From: Anthoceros angustus
Lineage: Eukaryota; Plantae; Anthocerotophyta
DNA length: 64,000 nucleotides
NCBI GenBank assembly: GCA_010909165.1
Contig: MU008171.1
Location: 372,001-436,000 of the forward strand
Direction: 5' to 3'
The position numbers and the translations under genes were made by a program. The notes under the pieces are model-generated. The model had not been told where the DNA came from, searched no databases, and was given only the letters and a program-made list of their open reading frames with translations. Positions 24,081 through 35,538 of this stretch are shown here, piece after piece. Positions within the stretch are counted from its first letter, which is position 1, and each line of letters begins with the position of its first letter.

Positions 24081-24777
24081 AAACTCAGCCGCCAGGTCAC
24101 TGGGTCCAACACCCTTGCAATCCTGCACCTTCCACGCGTAAATTTCTTGGTTTGCTTCCCACCCATATCCATCGGTACCTGGCACATTCTGCATGACCTG
24201 CTTCTGCTTCTGCTTCTGGGAGAAATGGAAGTGAGACTTTGTATCACCTCTGTAACTGTAGCTTGCTGCTGAGGTGATGGCATAATAGTGAGGAGGGATT
24301 CAAATTGTCAAGTCTTCAAATGCATTACAAGGGTGACCATCCCGCGAATGGGGGGAAGGCTCACTAATGTACAAACAGGCAGGCCTGCACATAAAATCCA
24401 ATCTTTCACCTGATGGATGACCAAGCATCTCACACTTATCTGTAAATTCATCCATGAACGGCCCACGTCGCGTACAGTACAAAGTAGGCCATCGAGGTTG
24501 ACAATTATCAGCAATTCCCACACTGACCAGCCAAATTAGGCAGGACTCTCTTCGAGACTAGGAAGCAAAAGAGGTACCGGACTGCTGCAGGCACTAAAGT
24601 AAATTTTGCCTCATAGATGTGTCTCAAATAATCTGGAGGCTCTCTCAATGGAGACTGCAGGGTGTGGGGGGTGACGCCAGGGCAACTGCCAAATTGTTGT
24701 CCTCCAGCCCGACACAGCAGCAGCAGCAGCAGCAGCAGCATTAAAGGTTGGGCAGCATTGGGCGCCCAAAAAACCAT
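24081..24777 (-). CDS. Candidate secreted Cys-containing protein of unknown family; exons 24777-24578, 24522-24410, 24268-24081; 3' end unresolved
   Basis: Signal-peptide-like [30 protein letters not shown] introns with matching phases (2, 1) give about 167 stop-free codons. Intron 1 is only 55 nt. Confidence 0.4.
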
Positions 24778-25020
24778 GAACTAGGCTAAACCAGAATTTG
24801 AACGAGATTGCAGCCTCGAAAGCGATGGGTGGCAAAGATGGGAAGACAGGAAGATGTGGCCGCCACTCCTAAAGTGAGGGGAAGGGCATCTGTTGCTGTG
24901 CTAAGGTCCAGCATGGGGTATTGATGAGCCAGAAGTTGTTAATAAGCTCGAGAGCACAAGCATCCAGAAGAGTGCAGACACACCTTAATCCCATGGGATT
25001 TGCCTGTACCCTGAGAGACG

Positions 25021-27841
25021 TCATGAACGAGCCTCCTGTTTCCGAAGAGAAGAGACTTTGACCTGTGAACTGACACTCGAAAGTTCAGAAGCTCCTGCCA
25101 GTGCCTGCAGCATCTTTACCACCTCAACAGTGTCATCCATGAAGTACTTGGCCTTGCTTGGCTTGTTTCCAACAGTGCAGGCAAAGACTTCAGCTATAGA
25201 TGAGTGGGGCCGCAAAGCCATATGGCTATCGATACTTTCAAACATGTCTTCATCGGATCTGTCATCGCCTATGCACAGCAGAAAATCTGCAGGTTCCCCT
25301 CTCTCATTCATCAAAGAGAGCAGTCGCTCCACTATGACGCCTTTACTAACCCCCTGCAAAAAAAGTTGCAAAACTTAGGGATCACCCAGGATATACTGAG
25401 GTGCTCTGATGAACAAGAAGAGAGAGAAAACAGTTGCCAACACCTTGTTATACCTGGGGTTTCACTTCCACAATATGTTGACCACTCTTTACAACCACGG
25501 GCTCATTGGCAAGAACACTCTCAAGGTGATCAATCAGCTCTTTAGCCTGCCATGAACCGAAATCTGGATCGGCATCTCGATGATTCCACACATATGCACT
25601 TTCCTTCTCCTCAACGTAAGAGCCATCGGTGCTATCACGATAGAGGTACATGATAGGCCTTGCAATTTCCTGCCACTCGAAATCAGAGACGGCGACAGAT
25701 GTGCTCCACTCCTCATCACCATGCCACCTGCCGAGGAATGTACAGGAGCACATAGGATAAGGATGTGTGATACGAGCACATCACATCTGGCTGACAGTGA
25801 TGAAACAACACTCCTCCTCCTATTCCTCCTGGGTGCTCACCAAAGTGAAGAGAGCATGCATGCATACAGGTTATGAGGCATTACCTGTACAGATAGCCGT
25901 GCTCGGCTGCAATTCCCAACCTGGGGCATGCGGAAAACCAGGGATCCAGTTCACGTCGAGCCCGGCCACTGACGATAAACACCACATTCTTGGGGTCATT
26001 GCAGAGGGTGTTAAGCACAGCCAGCACTTCGGGGGTGGGCTCCCTTTGCAAGGAGGACTGCGGCTTCATGGTACCATCATAATCCAGCAGCAAGACCCTG
26101 CTCTTGCTCTTCCTGTAGGCAGCCACGATCTGCTCCGTCAAGAGTTTGCGGAAGTTGGGATCCAGTGCCACAACACGGAAGCCGAGGCCGAAGCCGATGC
26201 CATAACAGCGCCTGCGGGCATGGTCCTGGCAGGTGCGGGAGAGATCCGCGATAAAACTGCTGGCCCAGTAATCCACATCCCGGTCCTTGACGAACTTGAA
26301 ATGCTTCTCGTGCCTCATGTGCTTCTCGGGCTCCGGCATGGTGACGGCCATGTTCATGGCTTCCGCCACCGCCTCGATGTTCCATGGGTTCACCCGGATG
26401 GCTCCGCTCAGGGAAGGGGAGCAGCCGATGAACTCCGACACGATGAGCATGCTCTTCTTGAGGTCTGTGGGGGCCCCCGGGGTGGTTGTGTCCAGGACGG
26501 AGCTGGCCGCCTCCCGGCACACAATGTACTCGTAGGGGATGAGGTTCATGCCGTCCCGGACGGCAGTCACGACGCAGCACTCCGCTACAGTGTAGAAGGC
26601 GATCCTCTCGTACAGCGGCACATGGCGGCCCAGCAGCATGACGGGCTCGTACCCGGGGAAGCCGAAGTCGCGGTTGATCCTGTCCGCAATCTGCTTCACC
26701 TCCTCCTCCAGCTCCTGCACATCCTTGCCCCTGCCACGAGCCGGGTTGGCCACCTGCACCAGAATGAGCTTGCCCTTCCATTCCGGGTGCTGCTTCAGCA
26801 GCTGCTCCATAGCCAGCAGCTTGAGGTCAATGCCCTTGAAGATGTCCATGTCGTCCACTCCCAACATCACAATCTTGCCCTGCAGCTGCGCCCGGAGCTC
26901 GCCAATGCGCCACTTGGTGTCGGGAAGGCGGAGCCGATCCTCCAGCTGCGCCATGTGAATGCCAACGGGCATGATTTTGATCCCTACAGTGCGGCCGTAG
27001 TATTCGAGGCCAATGTAGCCCCGCTTGGACTCGAATTCCAGGCCGAGCATCCGAGAGCAGCAGGAGAGGAAGTGGCGGGCGTAGTCGAAGGTGTGGAAGC
27101 CGATGAGATCGGAGTTGAGGAGAGCTCGCAGGATCTCGTCCCGTACCGGCAGGATGCGGTAGATCTCAGAGGAGGGGAAGGGGGAGTGGAGGAAAAAGCC
27201 GAGGCGGACCCGGTTGAAGCGCTTGCGCAGGAAGGTCGGCAGCACCATGAGATGGTAATCATGCACCCAGACGTAGTCATCATCCGGGTTGATCACCTCC
27301 ATCACCTTGTCCGCAAACACCTTGTTCACCGAGACGTACGCCTGCCAGAGAGAGCGGTCGAAGCGGCCGCCGTGATCCGGCGTGAGCGGCAGCATGTAGT
27401 GGAAGAGCGGCCACAGCTGCTGCTTGCAGAAGCCGAGGTAGAAGCGCTGCCGGAGGTCGGCGTCGAAGAAGGCCGGCACGCAGTTGAAGTTGTCCAGCAG
27501 ATTGGCCGCCACCTCGTCCTGCTCGCTCACCTCCACCTCCTCCTTCAGGCAGCCGATGTAGAGCACCTCCGTGTCGGCTGGCAGCCCCGCCGCAGCTGCA
27601 GCAGCAGCGAGTCCTCGTCCCAGAAGAAGGTCCATCCCAGGTTATCCGCCCGCCGCTGCGCGTGCAACGGCAGAATGTGAGCCACCAGGATGATGCGCTC
27701 CTGCGCCACGGACGAGGCCGCCTCCGAGGTCACGCTGTTCGTGCTGGCCGCTTCATCCAGGTCGCTCGCCGTCCGCTGCTGCTGCTGCTGCTGCCCTGAC
27801 GGCTCCGTCACGATGCCTGCCACAGTCATGGCGCGCCGCAT
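25021..27841 (-). CDS. TPS: Class II trehalose-6-phosphate synthase/phosphatase; exons 27841-25885, 25727-25454, 25353-25021; one frameshift near 27590
   Basis: GT20 motifs (FCKQQLWPLFHY, WVHDYHL, GFFLHSPFPSSEIYR, RDGMNL, SEFIGCSPSLSGA) and HAD phosphatase motifs (LLDYDGT, IGDDRSDEDMF). Two phase-consistent GT-AG introns, as typical for class II. Confidence 0.93.
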
Positions 27842-28689
27842 GCTTCCCTCGTGCTAGCTAGCGCTCCCCCTCCGATCCTTACTCCACCCCCGCTCCGGCC
27901 TCGACAACAGCAACAACAACAACAACAACAGGGCTGCCGCCGCCTACCGCAACTCCGCCAGCAGCAGCATCAGCACGCCATCCGCAGCCGCACCAGGAGG
28001 AGACGAAGCAGAAGCAGAAACAGAAGCACACGCCTCAAAACGAACGCCTTGAACGCGCATGGAAGGAAGAGACAGGAAGAGATGGGAGCTCGCCTCACTT
28101 CCGCAGGACAAGGAAGAGAAGGGAAAACGGAGGAGGAAGGAGAAGAAGAAGAAGGAGACGTCTCAAGCGCACAAGGCACACGCAGGAAATCGCGAGCGTC
28201 TGGATGCCAGGGAAGACCTACTTAACGCTCCTATCCGCATGTGGATTAGGGTGGACTGAAGCTACGCCGGGCTATAGCGCCCGCTGACGTGGCAGAAGCA
28301 CCTCGGGCACCCTGCTGTCCGTGCCCTAATTCGCGCCTTGCCTCCTGCTCGCCTGTACGCGATTCGTGTCCTCCCTCCTGCCAAACGCTTTTCAGGTTTT
28401 CAGGTTTAACTCCCCACCCAACCCAGCATAAATACAGTAGAGCACACACACGGTTGGGCGGAAATTATATATAAGTTTTAAAATATGATTTATAATCATT
28501 TTAAAAATATATTATATTACAAAACTTTCTCCTTTATATGGATGGACCTAGGTATCGATAGTAACCTATATTGCCAACCTATGTAGTTACAAGTTGTTAA
28601 GTACTAAGTCTCATCACAAGAAACATGTCGTCTAAGTAGATTAAAATAGACTTCCTTTTCACATCCCTGACTACGAAGTTCTTCGGGCG

Positions 28690-28812
28690 GTTGGCAGTTT
28701 TGAAATGCGTGATCGTGGGGGCTTGTCCCCCTGGCATTGTGCCCTTCGTTGGGCAGTTTTGAAATGCGTGATCGTGGGGGCTTGTCCCCATGGCATTGTG
28801 CCCTTCGTTGGG
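28690..28812. repeat. ~59-bp tandem duplication
   Basis: GGCAGTTTTGAAATGCGTGATCGTGGGGGCTTGTCCCC..TGGCATTGTGCCCTTCGTTG x2. Confidence 0.85.
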
Positions 28813-29283
28813 TTTTTCCCCTTTGTTTTTAGGTGGATGGGTTTTTCCCAATCTCTTTTTTATAATAAAGTCTTCTTTCCCTCAATTAAAATAGACTTCC
28901 TTTTCTTCTTTCCCGTAAATAGTTTTAAATATATATAAAATATTATGTAAGTTTTAAGTTATATTAGGATATGTTGTCTTTGCAACAGAGAGATCGGTGT
29001 GATCAGAAGCAAAATTTCTTCTACGCTTTTTTTTTCCCACACAATCTATAAGGATATAAGGAAAGATTTTAGCATGTTTTTGAATGTGTCAGGTTTTCCA
29101 TGAACCATTTCTTCTCTTTTCCAAATTTTATAACCATAGAATTATGTTTAGATCATATGTGGGATTCACATACAATAATGTTTAAGAGGGTGAATTTGTT
29201 AGAAACCTAGGGTTTAACTCGTCGACATGTTCTATTTTTGCTCCATCATATGTTATATTTTATTTTAATCATTTATTTTACCA

Positions 29284-29359
29284 TATATTATATTATATTA
29301 TATTATATTATATTATATTATATTATATTATATTATATTATATTATATTATATTATATT
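29284..29359. repeat. (TATAT)n microsatellite
   Basis: About 15 perfect pentamer units. Confidence 0.95.
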
Positions 29360-29926
29360 TCAGTCCAATAAGGGTTGACAACTCTTAAGGACGGTGAAGA
29401 ATTTCTTCGGTCCTCAATTACTGTGTTAGGTTGCTCATTAATGTAACTCACTCCTCACATGAGTGTCCTTAGGGCTATGCTTTAATTAAGTCCGATCCTG
29501 TGTACTTCGAAGTCGAAGTCGCTGTTCATCGTTGCGTGACATCGTGATCGGGGCAGTGTTGGGAATCGCCCACCCATGGAAAAATTGCCGAAAATAAAAA
29601 AATATCTAAATTAGGCTGCCGATAAAGGATTTGGCACAACGCCTGGTGTGCTCTACCCAGTACGGTATGTGGAAACACGACTCACGATTTTCACGAGTCG
29701 CCCACACGACTCGCACGACTCAGCGATTATATTCGCTGGCTGGCGCTTGCTGAGCCGGAGGCGATGCCGATGCCGCAGCCACAGCCGGGAATGATGTGTG
29801 CTCGCTGCTGCTGGCAAGGGATGCGGTGCCGGCGGCGCAGAAGCTTCTAGGGAAGTGCATCAGCAGCAGCAGCAGCAGCAGGGGCGGCGGCAGCAGGAGG
29901 AGCAGAAACAGGAGCGGCTGGAGGAG

Positions 29927-32510
29927 ATGGACGAGTTCCAGCACATGGAGCGCTTTGGTGTGGACGGGGAGTTCACAGAGGGGCAGTTCATCGGCGGGGA
30001 GTTCTTCTACAGGAAGAGGAAGGAGAGGAAGAATCAGAGCAAGGAGGAGGCGCTGTATGGGTATGAGGAGAGCGACTCCGATGGGGACGATGGGGGAAGC
30101 AAAAGGAGAAGGAGGGACGGGGTGATGAGGAAGGCGGATCTGACGAAGCCGGTGGCGTTCGTGTCGATCGGGACGGTGCTGCCCACGCAGGAGCAGGAGG
30201 AGGGGAAGGAGAGGGGAGGAAGGAGGGAGGTGCGGAGCTGCTCCGGGGTTGGGGCTGAATGGAGCTGGGAGGCAGCAGGGAGGAGGAGGAGGAGGAGGAT
30301 GACCTGCTGCCGTCCGCTTTCGGAAGCGGATCAAGGAGGCGGCGGAGCAGGGGCGGGGAGAGGGGAGCAGGCTAAGATGAAGGAGCAGGCGAGGGCGGGA
30401 GTTGGGGCTGGGGTTGGGGTTGGCAGGAGGATATGGCGGTGTTCGAGAAGCATACGAGGGGATAGGGATGAAGCTCCTGGAGAAGATGGGGTACAAGGGC
30501 GGGGGGTTGGGGAAGAACGAGCAGGGGCGGGCCACGCCGATCGAGGCCAGGCTGCGGCCCAAGAACATGGGGATGGGGTTTAATGACTTCAAGGAGGCGG
30601 GGACGGGGCTGCCGGCGCCGCCCACGGCGGAGCAGCCGGATGAGAAGGTGAAGGATGTGAAGGCCAAGGCCAAGGACAAGGCGTGGTCCAAGAAGAACCA
30701 GGGGAGGAAGCGGCATTACGTGTCGGCGGCGGAGCTGCTGGTGCAGAAGCAGGAGAGGGGGTTTGAGAGTGTGCAGACAGTGCTGGATATGCGAGGGCCG
30801 CAGGTGCGGGTGTTGACCAATCTGGACAATTTGAACGCGCAGCCTGCTGTGGAGGATAGGGATACTCCCTTCCCTGAGCTGCAGCATAATCTGCGGCTCA
30901 TTGTGGATCTTGCCGAGGCTGATATCCAAGTGTGTGACCGGAAGCTGAGGCACGAGAAGGATACTGTCATATTGTTGGAGAAGGAGAGGGTTAGGTTACA
31001 GGCGGAGGCTGATCAGCAGAGGCAGCAGATCGAGGCAATGGAGGCCATCATGGGTGCTGTGGACCATATTCAGCAAGCCGCTGTGTCGGGCAGCATGACG
31101 CTGGAAGAGATTGCCGCCTCGTTTCAGGTTCTGCAGGTGAAGCATAAGGATGACTTCAAGATTTATAATGTGGGGATCATGGCTCTGGCTGTGGCATTGC
31201 CGCGCATGATTGCTCACTTCAGGGGCTGGGAGCCGTTCAAGGATCCTTTGCATGGGACTGACATCGTCCGGCTGTGGCGACGGGTGCTTCTAGGGGATGA
31301 TCCCAGGGATGTTTCCATCTTTGCTGATGCAGAGGGTCCCTATGCTGCTTCAACCTCCAACCCTTACAACCACCTTGTGGCAGAGGCTGTGCTGCCGGCT
31401 GTGAGAATGGCTGCAGTGAATCGATGGGAGCCCCGGGACCCAGAGCCCATGTTGCGGTTTCTTGAGGCCTGGGACAAGCTGCTTCCTCCGTCTCTGTTGC
31501 AGGATGTTTTGGAGCATCTTGTCATGCCCAAGCTCACAGCTGCAGTGGATGCCTGGGATCCGCGGGTGGAAACGGTTCCCATCCATGCGTGGCTGCACCC
31601 GTGGCTGCCTCTGCTGGGCACAAGAATGGAGCCTTTGTACTTGCCCATCCGTTTCAAGTTAGGAAGTGCACTACAGGCCTGGCATCCTAGTGATACCTCT
31701 GCTTTGGCTCTGTTGTACCCTTGGCAGACGGTGTTTGACCCTGCCAGTTGGGAACAGCTGCTTGTGAGGTCGATATTTCCTAAGCTCATGTATGCCCTTC
31801 AGGAGCTGGTGATCAACCCGGCGCGCCAGCAGTTCGATCAGTTCAACTGGGTCATGGCATGGGCTTCAGCCGCTCCCGTGCACCACATGGCAGGAATGCT
31901 AGAGGTGGGGTTTTTCCCAAAGTGGCAGCAGGTGCTTTACCATTGGCTGTGCTCCAGCCCCAATTTTGATGAGGTCACGCAGTGGTTTCTCGGTTGGAAG
32001 TCACTGCTGCCTCCGCAGCTGTTAGCCAATGACAGGATCGAGAGGCAGTTTAATATTGGGTTGGACATGATGAATCAGGCAGTCGACGGCATGCCGGTGG
32101 TGCAGCCGGGAGCCAGGGAGGCCCTGAGCCAGCTGCGGGCAAGCCAGCAGCAACAGTACGAGTCACAGCAGCAGCAGCAGCAGCAGCAAGAACATGCTCC
32201 CACCAGCTATGCTAAACAGCGGGCAGCTCTCATTGAGCTCATGGAAAATGGTGGTGCAGGTGCCACTGACATTCGAAAGGCAGATGTGGAGTATTTTGCA
32301 GAGCAGAATGACATCCAGTTTGTGCCTAAAGTGGGCCGAATGCACGAGGGTCTCCAAGTGTATGGTTTTGGATCTATTAGCATGTGTATAGACACTTCGC
32401 ACCAGACACTTCCAGTTCTTGCACTGGTTGGAGATCGATGGAACCGGATATCACTAGATGAGCTCCTGGAGATGCACCGTTCCAAAACTGGAGGAAGCCG
32501 ATGGAAGTGA
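29927..32510 (+). CDS. TFIP11: TFIP11 / STIPL / NTR1 G-patch spliceosome disassembly factor; intronless, with several apparent 1-nt losses at 30200-30461
   Basis: TIP_N-like MERFG...[10 protein letters not shown]...SKEEALYG, G-patch [38 protein letters not shown], and GCFC-type [11 protein letters not shown] / WFLGWK. Confidence 0.93.
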
Positions 32511-35500
32511 AGTCTTGCAAATTCCATCAGTGAAGCACTCGGATGGCAGGCAGTGGTGGGGACAAATACAAGAGGGTTTTTGACTACGTAAGTACTTGTG
32601 TTTCTTTTTTTACTCGTTACCGATTGTCTCCGTGTCACTGTGGTGACCCATTATGTGTGGTGTTCGACGCTTGCTTGATACCTGGTCCCTGTGTTTTTTG
32701 AAATCCTGCAGATTGAAGACCCTCGTGACAGCGATCCGCGTTTGGTGGTGATGGAAGTGCCACGTGAAGTCTGCTGCCCGGCCGAGTGAACTGTGTGTGT
32801 AGGCCGCTCACACTTGCCAAAAGCCACATCTTGCTTCTTTCTACATGCGCGACGGTGATACTTGGCCAGATGCAGTGTGATAGGTCACTGTTGTGTAAGT
32901 CACTCCCCCTGAAACCCACCCATGACTGAAATGCGTCACCAGTCTCCAGATATGTAGATGGCCCTCTTCACAGCACACGTGATTTGGCATTCGTGATTCT
33001 TGCCATGAGGCACCAACCTTATCCTTGGACTACCCACTTTCATTATGTAACAACAACAAGCAACCAAGGGGTCCTACCCATACGTACTCTACGTGTCTGT
33101 CATTTGTTTTGTCTGGTGAACCCGAGTTGCTGATGCTGGTGCCTACGCGTCCAGTGAAGTGTACGTATGTACAGTAGTTTGTGGTTGGAGGAGGTGGCCA
33201 GCCTCTACAAATCTCCTTACCAGCGTTGTTGGAACATTTTCCAGCGCTCTGCAAATGATGGTATGGTGTTGGTGTCACGGTGACAAATTTGCACATGCAT
33301 ACATAGGACCTAGTTCATGGGGGTTCTCTTGGGTGGGTTGTTCAGGGCCCGCAGAAATAATCCTGACGGAGTCTAGATGTGGCACAGATCCTTCTGGGGA
33401 TGCTTAATTCGCAACCCCAAGCAGAAAATGATGCATCATGTCTGTCCACCAGCTCTGACCTGGCTGCTTCCATGCTCTGATTCTTCACATATTCTCCTCG
33501 GCGTGCCTGCTCCCACATCTGGGCTCCCGATACAGCCCGTGTGTTAGTTAGCTGTTGTAACACAAGCCGCAGGCACCTTTCTCGTGTAACATCCCTGCTT
33601 GGTAGAGAACGACGTATGTCATCCGTCCTCCACGTTCCTCAAGCACCCAATAGCGTGCAGCCACTCCCAGTGTGCCTTACTCATCCAGTTGGCCTGCACG
33701 GCGATGCGTTGCAGCGTTCCGCAGTGTCATACGGACGCCGCTGCGTCTGCTCACATGAGCAGGCCCATCAAACGTACTCCCCATACCACAACCTACCAGC
33801 ATTGGAACAGCCTCATCTTGCCTCCTCCTTTCCTCATGGGCAAGCACCGGAAAGAAGAAAGGCTTCCAGCCCCAATGCCATCCAGGACGTAACCTGCTCC
33901 CACTCCCGCTGCATCCCTGCATCCCTGCATGCCTGCATCCCCCAAGCCACCGTCTGCCACCACATACGAAAGCCCCACGAGCCCACCAGGCAACCACAAA
34001 TCAACAAGCAGCCTCAACCCCAACAGCCGTGGTATGCACACACGAGTAGTGGACGGAGTTGAGGTCTACAGATATCCCGCTCTGTCATGTCACGTCCCTG
34101 CAGGCTGGCAGCCACGAAAACCTGGTAGCCCGCATCGTCCTTGGAGCCTAACATATAAAGCGGGGTTAGAAGGGAAAGGAAGCAGAAGTGGGAGAAAAAA
34201 TGACGCCCAAGGACATGTGTCAGTCACGGCCATGATGCCACCATTAATGACTGCACCAGACTCCATCCCATCGATTTAAGCTATGGAGCCGTATCTACAT
34301 CGAGTAAAGAATCCACATGGGGAATGGAAACGACTCTCATCACAGACTCCGGACTGCAGACTCCAGTCTGCTATCCATGCACTGCACAGTGTAGCTCGCA
34401 GAGGGTTGATGATTCAAGAGCAAACGCATTATTGCGGCCTGGAACTCGACAAGTCTGAGTTAGTCCCGCTTTGAGAGCAGCTCGTGCTGCAGGTCAAGTG
34501 GCTTTCTTTCGTGGGGATGAATTGGTGGTGTTTGGCCCTCGTTCACCCAATTTCATTGACGCTGTTAATTGATTGAAGATTATTTGTCTTGTTTAAATTT
34601 TACCTTTACAGGACTTAAATAAAATATTTTTCTTCTTCTTCTAGTCATACATGGACTAAGACGCCGATGCGGCTATGGCTGCGGCTGCGGCTGCTGCGGC
34701 TGCGGCTGGGGTCGTGAAAAGGCCGCATGAGGGTGAAGTTAGTATTGTATAACTACCTTACCCAACATCAACATCAACATCAACCACAACAACAACATGC
34801 GCAATGTACAGTGCTGTACGTACGTACACTGTAGCTGTACACATTGGACAGCAGCGCGGCGCTAGCATTGGTTTACAAGCCATGTACAGTACTGTACATG
34901 GAGGCGCAGTCGGGCCATGAAATAATTGAAAAGCCGAGGTTTGCGCCTGCTGTCCGGTCCCCGGTCCCCGGTGGCCCGGTGGCCCGGTCCCCCGGTCCCC
35001 CGGTCCCCGAGAGACGAGAGACGAGAGACGAGCGCGGCGGAACCCAAGCCCCGCCTTAGAGCCTTGGAGCCTTGGAGGCTAAAGCGGGCCCCACATGGTC
35101 GCCGCGCCCGCGCAGCTCACTCAAGGCAACGCAAGGCAAAATCGAATCGCGTGTGGAGACTGGAGACACCGCAGCACTGCGTTTGCAGCGCTTCCGGCGA
35201 CCGCGGCCGCGCCTCCGGCTGCGCCAGCATTTATGCGTCCATCATCCGGAAATGCCGATCTCCGGTGCCTGGGGCGGCCTCAGCCTCTGCCTCTGCCTCG
35301 GCCTCTGCCTCTGCCTCTGCTTCTGCCTCTGCCAGCGCCCGCCGCCCCGCCCGACGCCATAGCCACTCGGCCTCCCTTTTCCTGCCCCGTTCTCGTATCT
35401 TGTGAGACGCACATGGTTCGATTACGCGCTGCCGGAGCAGCCTGTCTGTGAGATCGAAGGGCTTGCCACCCGCCACCTGCTGCTGGCTGCAGCACGGCAG

Positions 35501-35538
35501 AGCAGAAAAAGAGCAGGTGCGGGAGGACAGCGCCGGAC

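Noticed and set aside
25767-27680. 637-aa + strand ORF
   Set aside because: Antisense shadow of the high-GC3 TPS exon.
32600-34500. Assorted 60-170 aa ORFs
   Set aside because: No recognisable motifs and no consistent exon chain found.
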